From Candidatus Woesearchaeota archaeon (GTDB lineage Archaea; Nanobdellota; Nanobdellia; Woesearchaeales; GW2011-AR9), in NCBI GenBank assembly GCA_018303265.1, contig JAGVYN010000014.1, forward strand, positions 1-56,760: DNA of 56,760 nt, read 5' to 3'. The notes under the pieces were generated by a model. That model saw only the letters and a list, made by a program, of their open reading frames with translations. It searched no databases and had not been told where the DNA came from. Numbering within the stretch: the stretch's first letter is position 1; every line of letters begins with the position of its first letter. Both the position numbers and the translations under genes were made by a program. Shown here in pieces: positions 37,747-47,584 of the stretch.

Positions 37747-39168
37747 TTAAAGTCCTGATCTTGGTTTCGAATATTGAAAGAAGAAATATCCTGCTGCTGC
37801 AAAACTTTTATCATATTTTTTATCCGTCTTTCCTTTCTTTAAAAGTTTTGCAAGAATGTTTACTTCACCATCATAATAGTATGCTTTATCTAAACTCGCT
37901 ATCCCTCCTACGGCTAGATTTGTGGTGGGTTTTCCTTCACTACCAATAAAACTTCTAAGATCGCGTTGAACCCCAGAACCTTTCAGAGATTCTAGCTTAT
38001 TCTTTAATTCTTCAACTTTTTCTCCTGACAATCCTTCAGGAAAACCATATCTATCAAAAACTGATGCCTGAAAAGCGTGCGGACCGTATAACTTCATTAC
38101 TTCTTCCTCGGTAAATCCAATTGAATGAGGATATTTTCGTAGGGCGGCAGGATACTTTATGATGTATTTTCTATCAGTATCAAAGTAAGACCATACTTTT
38201 CTGGCTGCCGGAGAAGCATCATACCTGTCAATGACTACTGGCGCATGTTTCAATGATGCCCACGAAAAAACTAATTCAAAAAAGAATGGGCCGAAACCAG
38301 GCAAGGCAGCGATGCGGTAGATTTCATAAGCGCCCAAATATCTCTCTCGTGGATATTTAAAACCCATCTCGCAGTAACCAATAATGGAAGAATAAATACC
38401 ATTACTAGGAGAATTAACATAAATATTGAGGTCTCTGTCTTCTTTTGGGTATCTGTTGTAGTCATCCATAACACGTTTATTTCCCGACTTTACCTCTTTC
38501 CAGAATTCCTCATATGTATGCCGTTTTTCCTGAAACTTTACTTGATCATAAAGAACGATAACCGGTTCAGTACTGTTTAGATCCCTATCGATGTAGTACC
38601 CAGGACTGACTAACACCGCGAAATCTTGAAGTTGTTTGTATGCATTAAATTTGCTTTTAACTTTCTTAATTTTCTGGGCAGAATCAATCAATTCTTTCAC
38701 AACACTCTCAAAAGCTAAATCTGCTTCAATAGCATCTTCTAAAAGCGTCTCTACTTTCTTTAATAAGTTTGGATCAGTATAATTATCTCGCGCTTCTCGA
38801 AGAGCTAGTTCAATTTTCCCACCCCGTGCGCCTAATTTTTCTAAATTAGCGTTGTACACGCTGGCTTTATCAAGAAGTTTTCGCATCGTTACACGATCGG
38901 TGCTCGATAGTTCTGTATATACTTTTTCAAAGGCTTCTGACAGTGAAGCAAAATTACGAGCACTCTTATACTCCATCCTCTCTTCACAACCAAAAATACC
39001 GGAGCGAACTTTCCTCAGAATATTATTAATTTCTTTTTTTAATTTCTCTCCACTTGCGTCTTTAGTCCTACGCACTTTGTTTAGTACATCTTTTAATTCA
39101 ACAAGCTGTCTGATTATAAACCGGATTTGCTTTTTCTCAATAGATAAGATGTCCATGTACAGTGTCAA
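37747..39168 (-). CDS. Hypothetical protein, 473 aa (N-terminal helical region + unknown globular C-terminal domain)
   Basis: Clean ORF that looks AT-richer than its flanks. Divergent from the RSH gene. Confidence 0.55.
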   Translation of the reverse strand: MTLYMDILSIEKKQIRFIIRQLVELKDVLNKVRRTKDASGEKLKKEINNILRKVRSGIFGCEERMEYKSARNFASLSEAFEKVYTELSSTDRVTMRKLLDKASVYNANLEKLGARGGKIELALREARDNYTDPNLLKKVETLLEDAIEADLAFESVVKELIDSAQKIKKVKSKFNAYKQLQDFAVLVSPGYYIDRDLNSTEPVIVLYDQVKFQEKRHTYEEFWKEVKSGNKRVMDDYNRYPKEDRDLNIYVNSPSNGIYSSIIGYCEMGFKYPRERYLGAYEIYRIAALPGFGPFFFELVFSWASLKHAPVVIDRYDASPAARKVWSYFDTDRKYIIKYPAALRKYPHSIGFTEEEVMKLYGPHAFQASVFDRYGFPEGLSGEKVEELKNKLESLKGSGVQRDLRSFIGSEGKPTTNLAVGGIASLDKAYYYDGEVNILAKLLKKGKTDKKYDKSFAAAGYFFFQYSKPRSGL

Positions 39169-39262
39169 ATTCCGAAGATATATAAACTTTTTTAACTGCG
39201 TCTTTAACAGTTACAAAAATAAATAAGAAATCTTTTTAATACACCCCTCTTCTCATCATTCT

Positions 39263-41155
39263 ATGGCTGAAGAAGAATTTCTTGCGTTGTGTAAGAAGAA
39301 AGGCTATGCTGAGAAAACACTGGAGCAATTTACGAAAGCGATCACTTTTTCTAAACACATTCTTGCTGACAAAAAACGTCTTGCCGGAGATTCGTTCTTT
39401 GACCATAATCTACGTGTGGGAACAATTTTAGTGGAAAATAGAGCCGATCCGGAAATTGTCCTTGCCGGGTTATTGCATACTACGATAAAATATGTATCGC
39501 CGCAAGAAGTACAAAACACATTTGGAGAAACTATCCTTCGCCTGATACAGCAAGAGGAAGAGATTAAACGCATCAAATCGAAAAATGTGGAGATGCAGGC
39601 GGAAGGGCTGCGCAAAATTCTCTTAACTACCCTGAAAGATTTCCGGGTTATCCTCATCAAGCTTGCGGCAAAAGTGGATAATCTGAAAACGATCAAGGTT
39701 CTGCCGCCGGAAGAGCAAAAGCGCATTGCCGAAGAAGTTCTCGAGATTTATGCCCCCCTTGCCTATCGATTGGGCATGGAAAAAATAAGGGTGGAATTGG
39801 AAGACTTGGCATTTCGCGTGCTGCATCCGCAGATGTATCAAGAGATTAATGATTTTCTGGAAGAGTCCAAAGAACAGCGGGAGAAAGATATCGAGGACAC
39901 CATCGTTCAGATCAAACAACTTGCGGGAGAGAAAGTTGACATTTTGAAAATCAAAGGGAGGCCTAAGCATATTTACAGCATTTATAAAAAAATGACCCAG
40001 CGGGGAGTCAAACTGCAAGAACAATATGATCTCTTGGGTATCCGCGTCATTGTTCCGACAACAAAAGAATGTTATATCTTGCTTGGTTTGCTTCATGAAA
40101 CATTTCTTCCCATTGAAGGGCGGTTGAAAGACTACATTGCCAATCCTAAACCTAATTTTTATCGCTCCATTCACACGGCCTTACGATTACCCAACGGTAA
40201 AATTGCGGAAGTGCAAATACGAACACCGGAGATGGATGAATTTTCTGAAGAAGGCATCGCTGCCCATTGGCGGTACAAGGGAGTGAAGTCGGACCAATTC
40301 TTCGAGAAAAAGATTGCCTGGCTGCGCGGAATTTTAGACTTGCAGAAAGAAGATAACAAAGAATTTGTGGAAGCGGCAAAAATTGATATTTTTGGCGACA
40401 ATATCAACTGCTATACCCCCAAGGGGGACGTAAAAGAATTACCACGGGAAGCTACCGTTTTAGATTTTGCCTTTCTGATCCATGAAGAAGTCGGCTGTCA
40501 TGCTGTTGGTGCAAGGGTGAACGGAACATTTGTTCCGCTGAAGCACACGCTGGCCATGGGTGATGTCGTGGAAATTCTTACCAATAAAAATCAGCGGCCG
40601 CGCCGGAACTGGCTCAAGATCGTCAAGTCCAGCGGGACAAAACATAAGATTAGAAAATCCCTGCGCGAGCATGAGAAACTTCCTGCGTTCCATTTTCATA
40701 CATTTAAGCCGCTCATCAAAGAAGAGCAAGGGATACTGGTGGAATCTCCTGAATTTCCTAAAGCGGCGTGTGTTCTCGCGAAGTGCTGTTTAGCCCTGCC
40801 GGGAACTGATATTACCGGTCTGGTAACCAAACGCCGCCTCATATCCGTGCATCGTGTCGAATGCCGTGTTGCCCATAAAGAAGAAGAACGCTGGGTGCCG
40901 GTCCGCTGGAAGGAAACATTTAATCAGAAAATACGATTTTACGTAGATGCAGATGAACGGAGCGGGCTGCTTGCCGATCTTTTGCATACCATCGCCGTTG
41001 CCGGGTTTGAGGTGAAAGAAGCAAAAGCAAAGCTTATGAGTTCAGATAAAGCGCAATGTTCTTTTTTAGTCGTTCCCCGTGATTTGGAACAGTTGAAAGG
41101 GCTGGTGGTAAAAGTGGGAAAAGTGAAAGGAGTGAAGAAAATATTTTTTGAATGA
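39263..41155 (+). CDS. Long RelA/SpoT homologue (RSH): degenerate HD domain + (p)ppGpp synthetase + TGS + CC/zinc-finger region + ACT
   Basis: Synthetase motifs: GRPKHIYSIYKKM, DLLGIRVIV, GRLKDYIANPKPNFYRSIHT, EVQIRTPEMDEFSEEGIAAHWRYK. TGS: CYTPKGDVKELPREATVLDFAFLIH. Conserved cysteines: AKCCLALPG. C-terminal ACT-like domain. The HD region reads LLHTTIKY instead of LLHD..ED. Confidence 0.85.
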   Translation: MAEEEFLALCKKKGYAEKTLEQFTKAITFSKHILADKKRLAGDSFFDHNLRVGTILVENRADPEIVLAGLLHTTIKYVSPQEVQNTFGETILRLIQQEEEIKRIKSKNVEMQAEGLRKILLTTLKDFRVILIKLAAKVDNLKTIKVLPPEEQKRIAEEVLEIYAPLAYRLGMEKIRVELEDLAFRVLHPQMYQEINDFLEESKEQREKDIEDTIVQIKQLAGEKVDILKIKGRPKHIYSIYKKMTQRGVKLQEQYDLLGIRVIVPTTKECYILLGLLHETFLPIEGRLKDYIANPKPNFYRSIHTALRLPNGKIAEVQIRTPEMDEFSEEGIAAHWRYKGVKSDQFFEKKIAWLRGILDLQKEDNKEFVEAAKIDIFGDNINCYTPKGDVKELPREATVLDFAFLIHEEVGCHAVGARVNGTFVPLKHTLAMGDVVEILTNKNQRPRRNWLKIVKSSGTKHKIRKSLREHEKLPAFHFHTFKPLIKEEQGILVESPEFPKAACVLAKCCLALPGTDITGLVTKRRLISVHRVECRVAHKEEERWVPVRWKETFNQKIRFYVDADERSGLLADLLHTIAVAGFEVKEAKAKLMSSDKAQCSFLVVPRDLEQLKGLVVKVGKVKGVKKIFFE

Positions 41156-41206
41156 AATAGTGGTGATGATACATTTTTATAAACTATAAACTCCTCTTAA
41201 AAAGAT

Positions 41207-41386
41207 ATGGAAGAATCTAATAATCAGCGGGAATGGTTTATTGATTACTGGGTTTCGTACATGAAAACTCATTCTGATAAAGAGTGGAGCCGCCAGCAGA
41301 ATGTTCTCATTAATTCCATGCTCAAGTCTGCAAAACAATGGTTGCGGGAAGAATATCTTAAACTAAAATCGCCTACCTTATCTTAG
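41207..41386 (+). CDS. Small ORF, 59 aa (below the ORF-track cutoff)
   Basis: TTTTTATAAA box ~25 nt upstream. Product MEESNNQREWFIDYWVSYMKTHSDKEWSRQQNVLINSMLKSAKQWLREEYLKLKSPTLS. Its 3' end overlaps the GAPDH stop by 4 nt. Confidence 0.35.
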   Translation: MEESNNQREWFIDYWVSYMKTHSDKEWSRQQNVLINSMLKSAKQWLREEYLKLKSPTLS

Positions 41387-42399
41387 GCAATCTTTTTCAT
41401 CATATCCACAACCCTGCTGCTATATCCCCATTCGTTGTCGTACCATGCCACAATCTTCAAGAATTTTCCATTCACTACATTGGTCAATTTTGCATCAATA
41501 ATGGCGGAGTGTGGATTGTGGATTATGTCGGTAGAGACTAATTCGTCTTCTGAATATTGAATAATGCCTTTCAATTTTCCGGCTGCAGCTTTCCTGAACA
41601 GCGCATTCACTTCGTCAGGCAGAACTTCTTTCGTAGTTTCGATAGTAAAATCGGTAACACTACCATCAGCTACAGGAACTCTGAAGGCCAAGCCTCGTAC
41701 TTTTCCCTGGAGTTCAGGAATGGCTTCTACGGCAGCGACATCTGCTCCCGTTGAAGTAGGAATGATGTTAATTGCTGCTGCCCTGGCACGACGTAGATTT
41801 TTATCAGGCCCGTCTACCATCTTCTGTGATGAAGTGTAGGCATGCACCGTTGTAAAAAAACAGCGTTTGATGCCGACATTATCCTGGATTACTTTCAGCA
41901 CGGGAGCTACACAGTTGGTTGTACAAGAAGCGTTCGAAATAACATGGTGTTTCTTTTTGTCATAGCTATGATCATTTACGCCTAACACTAACGTTGCTGT
42001 GTTTACAGGGCATACTTTTTCTGCTTCGCATTTGCAGGGTGCAGAGATAAGCACTTTTTGTGCTCCCGCATTGAGATGTGCTGCTGCTTTGTATGGATCA
42101 GTGAATCTTCCTGTACTTTCTACCACTACATCGATTTTGAGTTTTTTCCAAGGAAGTTTAATAGGTTCTTTTTCTGCAAGCACTTGGATTTTCTTGTTGC
42201 CTACCTTAAGATGCCCATCGCCATAACTTACTTGTTCTGGAAAAACGCCATGCACAGAATCGTATTTGAGAAGATGAGCCAGAGTTTTATTATCAGTAAG
42301 ATCGTTGACAGCGACAATATTTATTTTCTTGTCATTCCAGGCAGCACGGAACACCATTCTGCCTATCCTTCCAAAACCATTAATGGCAACATTGATCAT
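41383..42399 (-). CDS. gap: Class I (bacterial/eukaryotic-type) glyceraldehyde-3-phosphate dehydrogenase
   Basis: Start moved to MINVAINGFGRIGR (GAGGTG SD upstream). Active site SNASCTTNC. WYDNEWGYS near the C-terminus. Confidence 0.85.
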   Translation of the reverse strand: MINVAINGFGRIGRMVFRAAWNDKKINIVAVNDLTDNKTLAHLLKYDSVHGVFPEQVSYGDGHLKVGNKKIQVLAEKEPIKLPWKKLKIDVVVESTGRFTDPYKAAAHLNAGAQKVLISAPCKCEAEKVCPVNTATLVLGVNDHSYDKKKHHVISNASCTTNCVAPVLKVIQDNVGIKRCFFTTVHAYTSSQKMVDGPDKNLRRARAAAINIIPTSTGADVAAVEAIPELQGKVRGLAFRVPVADGSVTDFTIETTKEVLPDEVNALFRKAAAGKLKGIIQYSEDELVSTDIIHNPHSAIIDAKLTNVVNGKFLKIVAWYDNEWGYSSRVVDMMKKIA

Positions 42400-42478
42400 G
42401 ATGACACCTCTTTTTACTATCATCTGTAACATAAAGAGATATATAAAGTTTTTTAAATATAACTCAGAATTGTAAACC

Positions 42479-43426
42479 ATGCCCACACAAATCCCCAGCA
42501 CTGAAACCATCGAATTTAAACCCGCCTTCATTGAACGCTATTCCAAACTTACAGATTGGGAACAATTCAAAACCTATTCTCTTTCTTTCCTGCGGAGATC
42601 CATCCGCATCAATACTCTGGTTACAACGGTCAAAGAAACCAAAAAAACCATTGAAGAAAAAGGCTGGAAACTCGATCCCATCCCTTGGTGCAAGGAAGGA
42701 TTCTGGATTTCTCATGCAGAAAGGCGGGATGTCGGTAATCTTCTTGAACATCATGTTGGAAAGATCTACGTGCAGGAAGCAGCATCCATGATCCCTCCCC
42801 TCGTTCTGAAGCCAAAACCGGGTGATCTGGTCTTGGACATGGCCGCATCACCGGGATCCAAAACCACGCAAATGGCGGCGATGATGAACAATACGGGTGT
42901 CATCATTGCCAATGATTATAAAGGGCTTAGATTGCAGTCATTGGGGATAAACTTGCAGCGGAGTTTAGTTACGAATACGATCATCACATTGATGAAAGGA
43001 CAACGATTTAAAGATTTTCAGTTTGACAAGATTCTCCTTGATGCCCCCTGCTCGGGAACGGGAACAATCAGGAAAAGTCTTAAAACGATTCGGATCTGGA
43101 ATGCCGGCATGATTACAAAATTGGCAAAAGAACAAAAAGAATTGATAGAAACGGCATTCAATAATCTTAAACCGGGCGGAGAAATGATTTATTCCACGTG
43201 CTCGGTAGAACCGGAAGAGAATGAAGGTGTCGTTGATTTCCTCTTGAACAAATACAAAAATGCTAAAGTGATGAAAGTCATTTTGCCCGGGTTAAAGACA
43301 AGCCCGCCGGTTCTGGAATTTGCAGGCACTTCCCATAATCCGCAAATAAAAAATAGCTTGCGCATCTGGCCGCAGGACAATGACACGGAAGGATTTTTTG
43401 TTGCTAAAATAAAGAAATTGCGTTGA
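42479..43426 (+). CDS. NOL1/NOP2/Sun-family RNA cytosine-C5 methyltransferase (aTrm4-like)
   Basis: DMAASPGSKT, DAPCSGTGT, YSTCS catalytic cysteines. Confidence 0.8.
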   Translation: MPTQIPSTETIEFKPAFIERYSKLTDWEQFKTYSLSFLRRSIRINTLVTTVKETKKTIEEKGWKLDPIPWCKEGFWISHAERRDVGNLLEHHVGKIYVQEAASMIPPLVLKPKPGDLVLDMAASPGSKTTQMAAMMNNTGVIIANDYKGLRLQSLGINLQRSLVTNTIITLMKGQRFKDFQFDKILLDAPCSGTGTIRKSLKTIRIWNAGMITKLAKEQKELIETAFNNLKPGGEMIYSTCSVEPEENEGVVDFLLNKYKNAKVMKVILPGLKTSPPVLEFAGTSHNPQIKNSLRIWPQDNDTEGFFVAKIKKLR

Positions 43427-43433
43427 TCACGAT

Positions 43434-44303
43434 TTACGCTGACTTTTTAGTTTCCACAAAGGCTTGCTCTAATTCTTCTTTTGTATAAAAATGAGGAACT
43501 TTCCCTTCATTGGCGTAGATGAACAGGGCGGTGTTGAAAATAGTATTGGCAGAACTGAAAATAACGAGTACGAGAACAAAATATAAGATAAAAATTCCCA
43601 GGAAGATCCATCCCAGCGCCGAGCTGATCCAGAGGAGGAAAAGGGCTGGAAACAAAAGAAAAAATACACCTAAGAATAATAATATTGTTTGTACAAGCCC
43701 AATTCCATAATGCTTGATGAGACTTTCTCCCCATGTTTTTCTCATTGCCGCAAAGGAACTTTTCAATGCTTTAATCGGCCCTTCTCCTTTGAGAACAATT
43801 GCCGGTACAACAAAAACGCTGACAATCGCCCAGGCCAGCCCGGTGAGCCTGATGAGAATTTTTCCAATTATGCCGAAGATCCCTTTTTTCTGCTCGGCCT
43901 GGCTTTCTAAAATATTGAGGACCAGTCCAACTGTAGCGGTGAGAAGCGACCAGCCAAGCAGCTGTTTAAAATGCTTAAATCCAGCTTTAATTCCATCCAT
44001 AAATGTGGCGTTTCCCCCTTCAAATCGCGTTTTGGCAATATAAACAATACCGGCGTTAAAGAATGTAGTGACAAACGCGGTGGCAAAGTAAAATACAAAA
44101 ATTCCCGCATATACAAAGATGGTTGCTTCTTCGAAAAATTGGGCAAGAAAAATAGGGAACACCAGAATAAAAAAAAGGATAACTGAAAAAATGGAACTTA
44201 AGATCGGGAACAAGAGAATCTCTTTATCGTGCTTCATCACGGCGAAGGTTCTTTTGGTAATTTCCCAGCTTCGTCGGAATTTGTTTCCAATGGAATTAAT
44301 CAT
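43434..44303 (-). CDS. Multi-pass membrane protein (DUF6159-like)
   Basis: About six hydrophobic helices. No catalytic motif recognised. Confidence 0.5.
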   Translation of the reverse strand: MINSIGNKFRRSWEITKRTFAVMKHDKEILLFPILSSIFSVILFFILVFPIFLAQFFEEATIFVYAGIFVFYFATAFVTTFFNAGIVYIAKTRFEGGNATFMDGIKAGFKHFKQLLGWSLLTATVGLVLNILESQAEQKKGIFGIIGKILIRLTGLAWAIVSVFVVPAIVLKGEGPIKALKSSFAAMRKTWGESLIKHYGIGLVQTILLFLGVFFLLFPALFLLWISSALGWIFLGIFILYFVLVLVIFSSANTIFNTALFIYANEGKVPHFYTKEELEQAFVETKKSA

Positions 44304-44429
44304 CTTTTCTTGAATATTGTTTTTACTTAAAAAGATTATGTAGAAAATGGGGTTTAAATATAATACAAATGATATTTTTGAAGAGGCCGGAAGAACATTT
44401 ATATACTTCGTTTATTATCCTTATTCAAG

Positions 44430-44894
44430 ATGACAATTAGAATTGTTCAAGAAAAAGATTTCGTGAAATTAGTTGGATTATATCGCTCTTTTTTTAGTGC
44501 TCATAACATCTTTCAAAAACAAAGTAAAGAAATTGTTCAATATCTTAAAGAGCAATCTCAAGAAAATGACTTAATCGTTTATGAAGAAAAGGGTTCATTA
44601 AGAGGAGCGCTTTTCTTAGTTAATTTTGGACAAAATGCAGACGGTTCACATAAATTATGGAAGTTCAGGCATTTTGCTTTTGAATCTGAAGATATCGCTT
44701 CTCAATTATTGGATGAAGCAGAAAAAAGAGTTAAAAAAGCATCCAAAACATCAAAAATTGAATTATCTATTGCTGAAACTGAGATAGGTATTAAATTTTA
44801 CAAATCCAAAAATTATGAACAAGAGGGTGCTCTCTCAAACCATTATAGATGGAGTGAAACTTGTTTTATTCTTTCAAAATCTTTTTCTAAATAA
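44430..44894 (+). CDS. GNAT-family N-acetyltransferase
   Basis: Size and the C-terminal IKFYKSKNYEQEG pattern fit the GNAT fold. Weak call. Confidence 0.5.
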   Translation: MTIRIVQEKDFVKLVGLYRSFFSAHNIFQKQSKEIVQYLKEQSQENDLIVYEEKGSLRGALFLVNFGQNADGSHKLWKFRHFAFESEDIASQLLDEAEKRVKKASKTSKIELSIAETEIGIKFYKSKNYEQEGALSNHYRWSETCFILSKSFSK

Positions 44895-45148
44895 GTTTTT
44901 CTTTCCTTTGATGCTTTTATTCTATGGCACTTCGTGCTTGATGTACGCAGGTTTTCAACTTTTCGGTCGAAATTTTCCAGAACTTCCTAGCTGGAAAAGA
45001 GTTCTAAAGCCATAAGGAATTATATGATATTATTATGATGAAATGAGAAAATAAGAAAAAGATACGTAGAAAATATGGCCATACTCTCTTTCAACACAAT
45101 CACCTTACAACAACAATCTTTTAATATTCTGCTTCTCGCTTTGTTGCT

Positions 45149-46198
45149 ATGTTTACCATTGCGGAATCCCAATACCTGAGTAAAATAGAGAAATATCACC
45201 CCCAGTTCTTTAAAATAATGAAGAATTCTCTTAAGATTAAGGAAGAGAAGATAGTTATTGTTACTGATAAAGGTGTAAAAGAGAACACTCTTGCGCCTAT
45301 GCTTGGTTATGGCTATTACTTTGCAGCAAAAAAGAAGAAACTCTATCCCGAATTGCTTTTTCAGGATATTAAAAAAGGGTTTATGTATGCTGATGATCAT
45401 ATCATAGACGCTCTTTATAAATTAGAAAAAAGAAGCATTGTTATTCTTGCTGTTTCTAATAAACTGGGCAGAATTGGTACTGAAAAAAGTTTTCGCACGT
45501 TCTGTAAAGAACAAGGCCATCGTTTCCTTTCTGCGACAGGACTGGGCGATGTTTCACTTCAACAATTTGGACTTTTTATGGAAGCAATGAACATAAATTA
45601 TACTCGCTTGCGGAAAAAAGGAAATGAGATCAAGAAGCAGTGGGATAAAGCGAAAGAAATCCGGGTTACGACGGAAGCAGGCACCGATATTACCTTTGAT
45701 GTTTCAGGAATGGAAGCAATTGCGAATGTAGGTAAGTATCACGAATATGGGATGGGGGGAAATATGCCGTGCGGTGAAGTCTATATCGCTCCGCGGGGTT
45801 TTTATGGGGTGAATGGTACGGTTGTTATTGATGGAAGTATGAAGACAGCTGATGGAGCACTTCTCATGGAAGACCCTTTGAAGATTCATGTCAAGGAAGG
45901 TCGGGTGATCAACGTTGAAGGAAAGAATGCTCATCTGTTAGAGCAAACCTTCCAGAAGTTTGAAGATCGTGCAGAGTATCCTTACCGGGTACGTCATGTT
46001 GGTGAATTAGGCATTGGCATAAACCCAGGAGCGGTGTTAATCGGTTCTATGATCATGGATGAAAAAGTGTTAGGAACCGGGCACATTGCTATTGGCAGTA
46101 ATTACTGGTTTGGCGGTGATATCAAGACGATGTATCATGGCGATCAGGTGTTTAAAAATCCAGTTTTTTATGTTGACGGGAAGAAGATGGTTGTTTAA
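45149..46198 (+). CDS. M29-family aminopeptidase (AmpS/PepS-like)
   Basis: GGNMPCGEVYIAP, GTVVIDGS, ELGIGINP, GTGHIAIG. Confidence 0.7.
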   Translation: MFTIAESQYLSKIEKYHPQFFKIMKNSLKIKEEKIVIVTDKGVKENTLAPMLGYGYYFAAKKKKLYPELLFQDIKKGFMYADDHIIDALYKLEKRSIVILAVSNKLGRIGTEKSFRTFCKEQGHRFLSATGLGDVSLQQFGLFMEAMNINYTRLRKKGNEIKKQWDKAKEIRVTTEAGTDITFDVSGMEAIANVGKYHEYGMGGNMPCGEVYIAPRGFYGVNGTVVIDGSMKTADGALLMEDPLKIHVKEGRVINVEGKNAHLLEQTFQKFEDRAEYPYRVRHVGELGIGINPGAVLIGSMIMDEKVLGTGHIAIGSNYWFGGDIKTMYHGDQVFKNPVFYVDGKKMVV

Positions 46199-46245
46199 GA
46201 AAAGCTTATTGAGAAAAGCTTAAATAGTTATTAATTGCTCTTTTC

Positions 46246-46785
46246 TTGATGAACTGGACCAAAATTATGTATGTTTTAATAATTGTTTTATTATACGTTC
46301 CCATGGTCTTTCTGGGAGCAAATGTATTTTTCCCTGAATATACTGGTGCGAATGCCCATTATTCAGGCCTTTATGTTGATTGTTATGGAAAATATCCGTA
46401 TCCTGTTGAAGTCGATAAGTTATCTGTTGCTGAGCGTACGGTAATCGATGAAAATCAACGCCAATGCCAGGAAGAATTTCAAAAAGAGCAAGAGATATTT
46501 GAGCAAGCAAAGTTATCCTATGAAGGAATAAAATATGTTTTCATTTCTTTGTTTAATTTAGTTATATTATTATTGGCTCTATTTTTACCAAAATTGCAGA
46601 ATAATGTCACTATGGGTTTGTTTTTGGGGAGTATTGTCTCGACGTTTGGTGCAACCGTTCGCTTTTTTGACACCAAAAGCAAAATTGGTTTTGTCATTCT
46701 AGTAATCACTTTCTTTGCCATGTTGTATTTTATTAACAGAAAAAAAGATAAATTTTTGGATTGGGGTAAAGGGAAGAAGAAATAA
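46246..46785 (+). CDS. Membrane protein, unknown function
   Basis: N-terminal and C-terminal TM helices flank a soluble loop. Confidence 0.45.
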   Translation: MMNWTKIMYVLIIVLLYVPMVFLGANVFFPEYTGANAHYSGLYVDCYGKYPYPVEVDKLSVAERTVIDENQRQCQEEFQKEQEIFEQAKLSYEGIKYVFISLFNLVILLLALFLPKLQNNVTMGLFLGSIVSTFGATVRFFDTKSKIGFVILVITFFAMLYFINRKKDKFLDWGKGKKK

Positions 46786-46796
46786 ACCTGATTCTT

Positions 46797-47363
46797 TCAT
46801 CTCTCTCGTATTTCTTCTTTCTCAACATGCACGATCTTGGAAGGGCTTCCTTCCTTAGGCCCTTCATAGATCATGAATTCCACGCCTTTCTCAATTTCCG
46901 GATCGAGATCCTCAATACTGGTCATGAATGGCTGTCCTGTCTTGTTGGCAGAGGTTGTGATAATTGGCACGGCACTTTTCTCTACAATTTTGCCAAACCA
47001 ATGATCGGGATACCGAATGCCAATAAAGTCGGTTTCAGGAATAACGCTTTTGGCGACAGCGGAAGTGTCCTTTAATTGCAAAATGAAGGTATAAGGGCCC
47101 GGTAATTCTTGTAACCATTTTTTAACTTTTGACGTGATAAGGCAATTTTCATGCACCCATTCTAAGGACGGCACCCAAATAGAGAACGGAGCAGCAGGTC
47201 TTTGTTTTAAAGCTCTGATTTTCCGTACCGCTTTTTCGTTTAGGGCGTTGCAGCCGAGTCCATAGATGGTGTCGGTGGGATGGATAAACAAAACACCTTC
47301 TCTGATCTTCTGAATGATTTCATCCTGACGAAGGCGGGATTCTGTCTGTGTCAATATTTCCAT
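46797..47363 (-). CDS. tsaC: L-threonylcarbamoyladenylate synthase (TsaC/YrdC domain only)
   Basis: IHPTDTIYGLGCNA, RPAAPFSIWV, PGPYTFIL, ITTSANKTGQP. Confidence 0.85.
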   Translation of the reverse strand: MEILTQTESRLRQDEIIQKIREGVLFIHPTDTIYGLGCNALNEKAVRKIRALKQRPAAPFSIWVPSLEWVHENCLITSKVKKWLQELPGPYTFILQLKDTSAVAKSVIPETDFIGIRYPDHWFGKIVEKSAVPIITTSANKTGQPFMTSIEDLDPEIEKGVEFMIYEGPKEGSPSKIVHVEKEEIRER

Positions 47364-47482
47364 GATAAAGAAAGAAAAAAAGGAACGGTTTAAATAGTTT
47401 GCGAACCTTGTTTTAAATAGCTTATAGCAGTCTTACCGTTCCTTTTTCTGAGGTGTGTTGGTGGTGTTTAGGTGATGGCTAT

Positions 47483-47584
47483 TTAATAGTCGTCAAGGAA
47501 GGTTTGTTTTTGCACAGAAGTATGCGCTAAACCCTGATCGTTGTACTTTTCTAACAATATTAAGATCCTTTCTTTCATGTTCAT
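47483..47584 (-). CDS. Small ORF, 33 aa, start overlapping the upstream small ORF stop (ATGA)
   Basis: A GGAGGTTGG SD lies inside the upstream ORF. Product MNMKERILILLEKYNDQGLAHTSVQKQTFLDDY. Confidence 0.3.
   Translation of the reverse strand: MNMKERILILLEKYNDQGLAHTSVQKQTFLDDY

Noticed and set aside
42400-42531. N-terminal extensions of GAPDH (and likewise of the lipoprotein at 14222-14314)
   Set aside because: Conserved domains start at internal ATGs with their own SD or lipobox. The extensions run through promoter-like AT-rich DNA.
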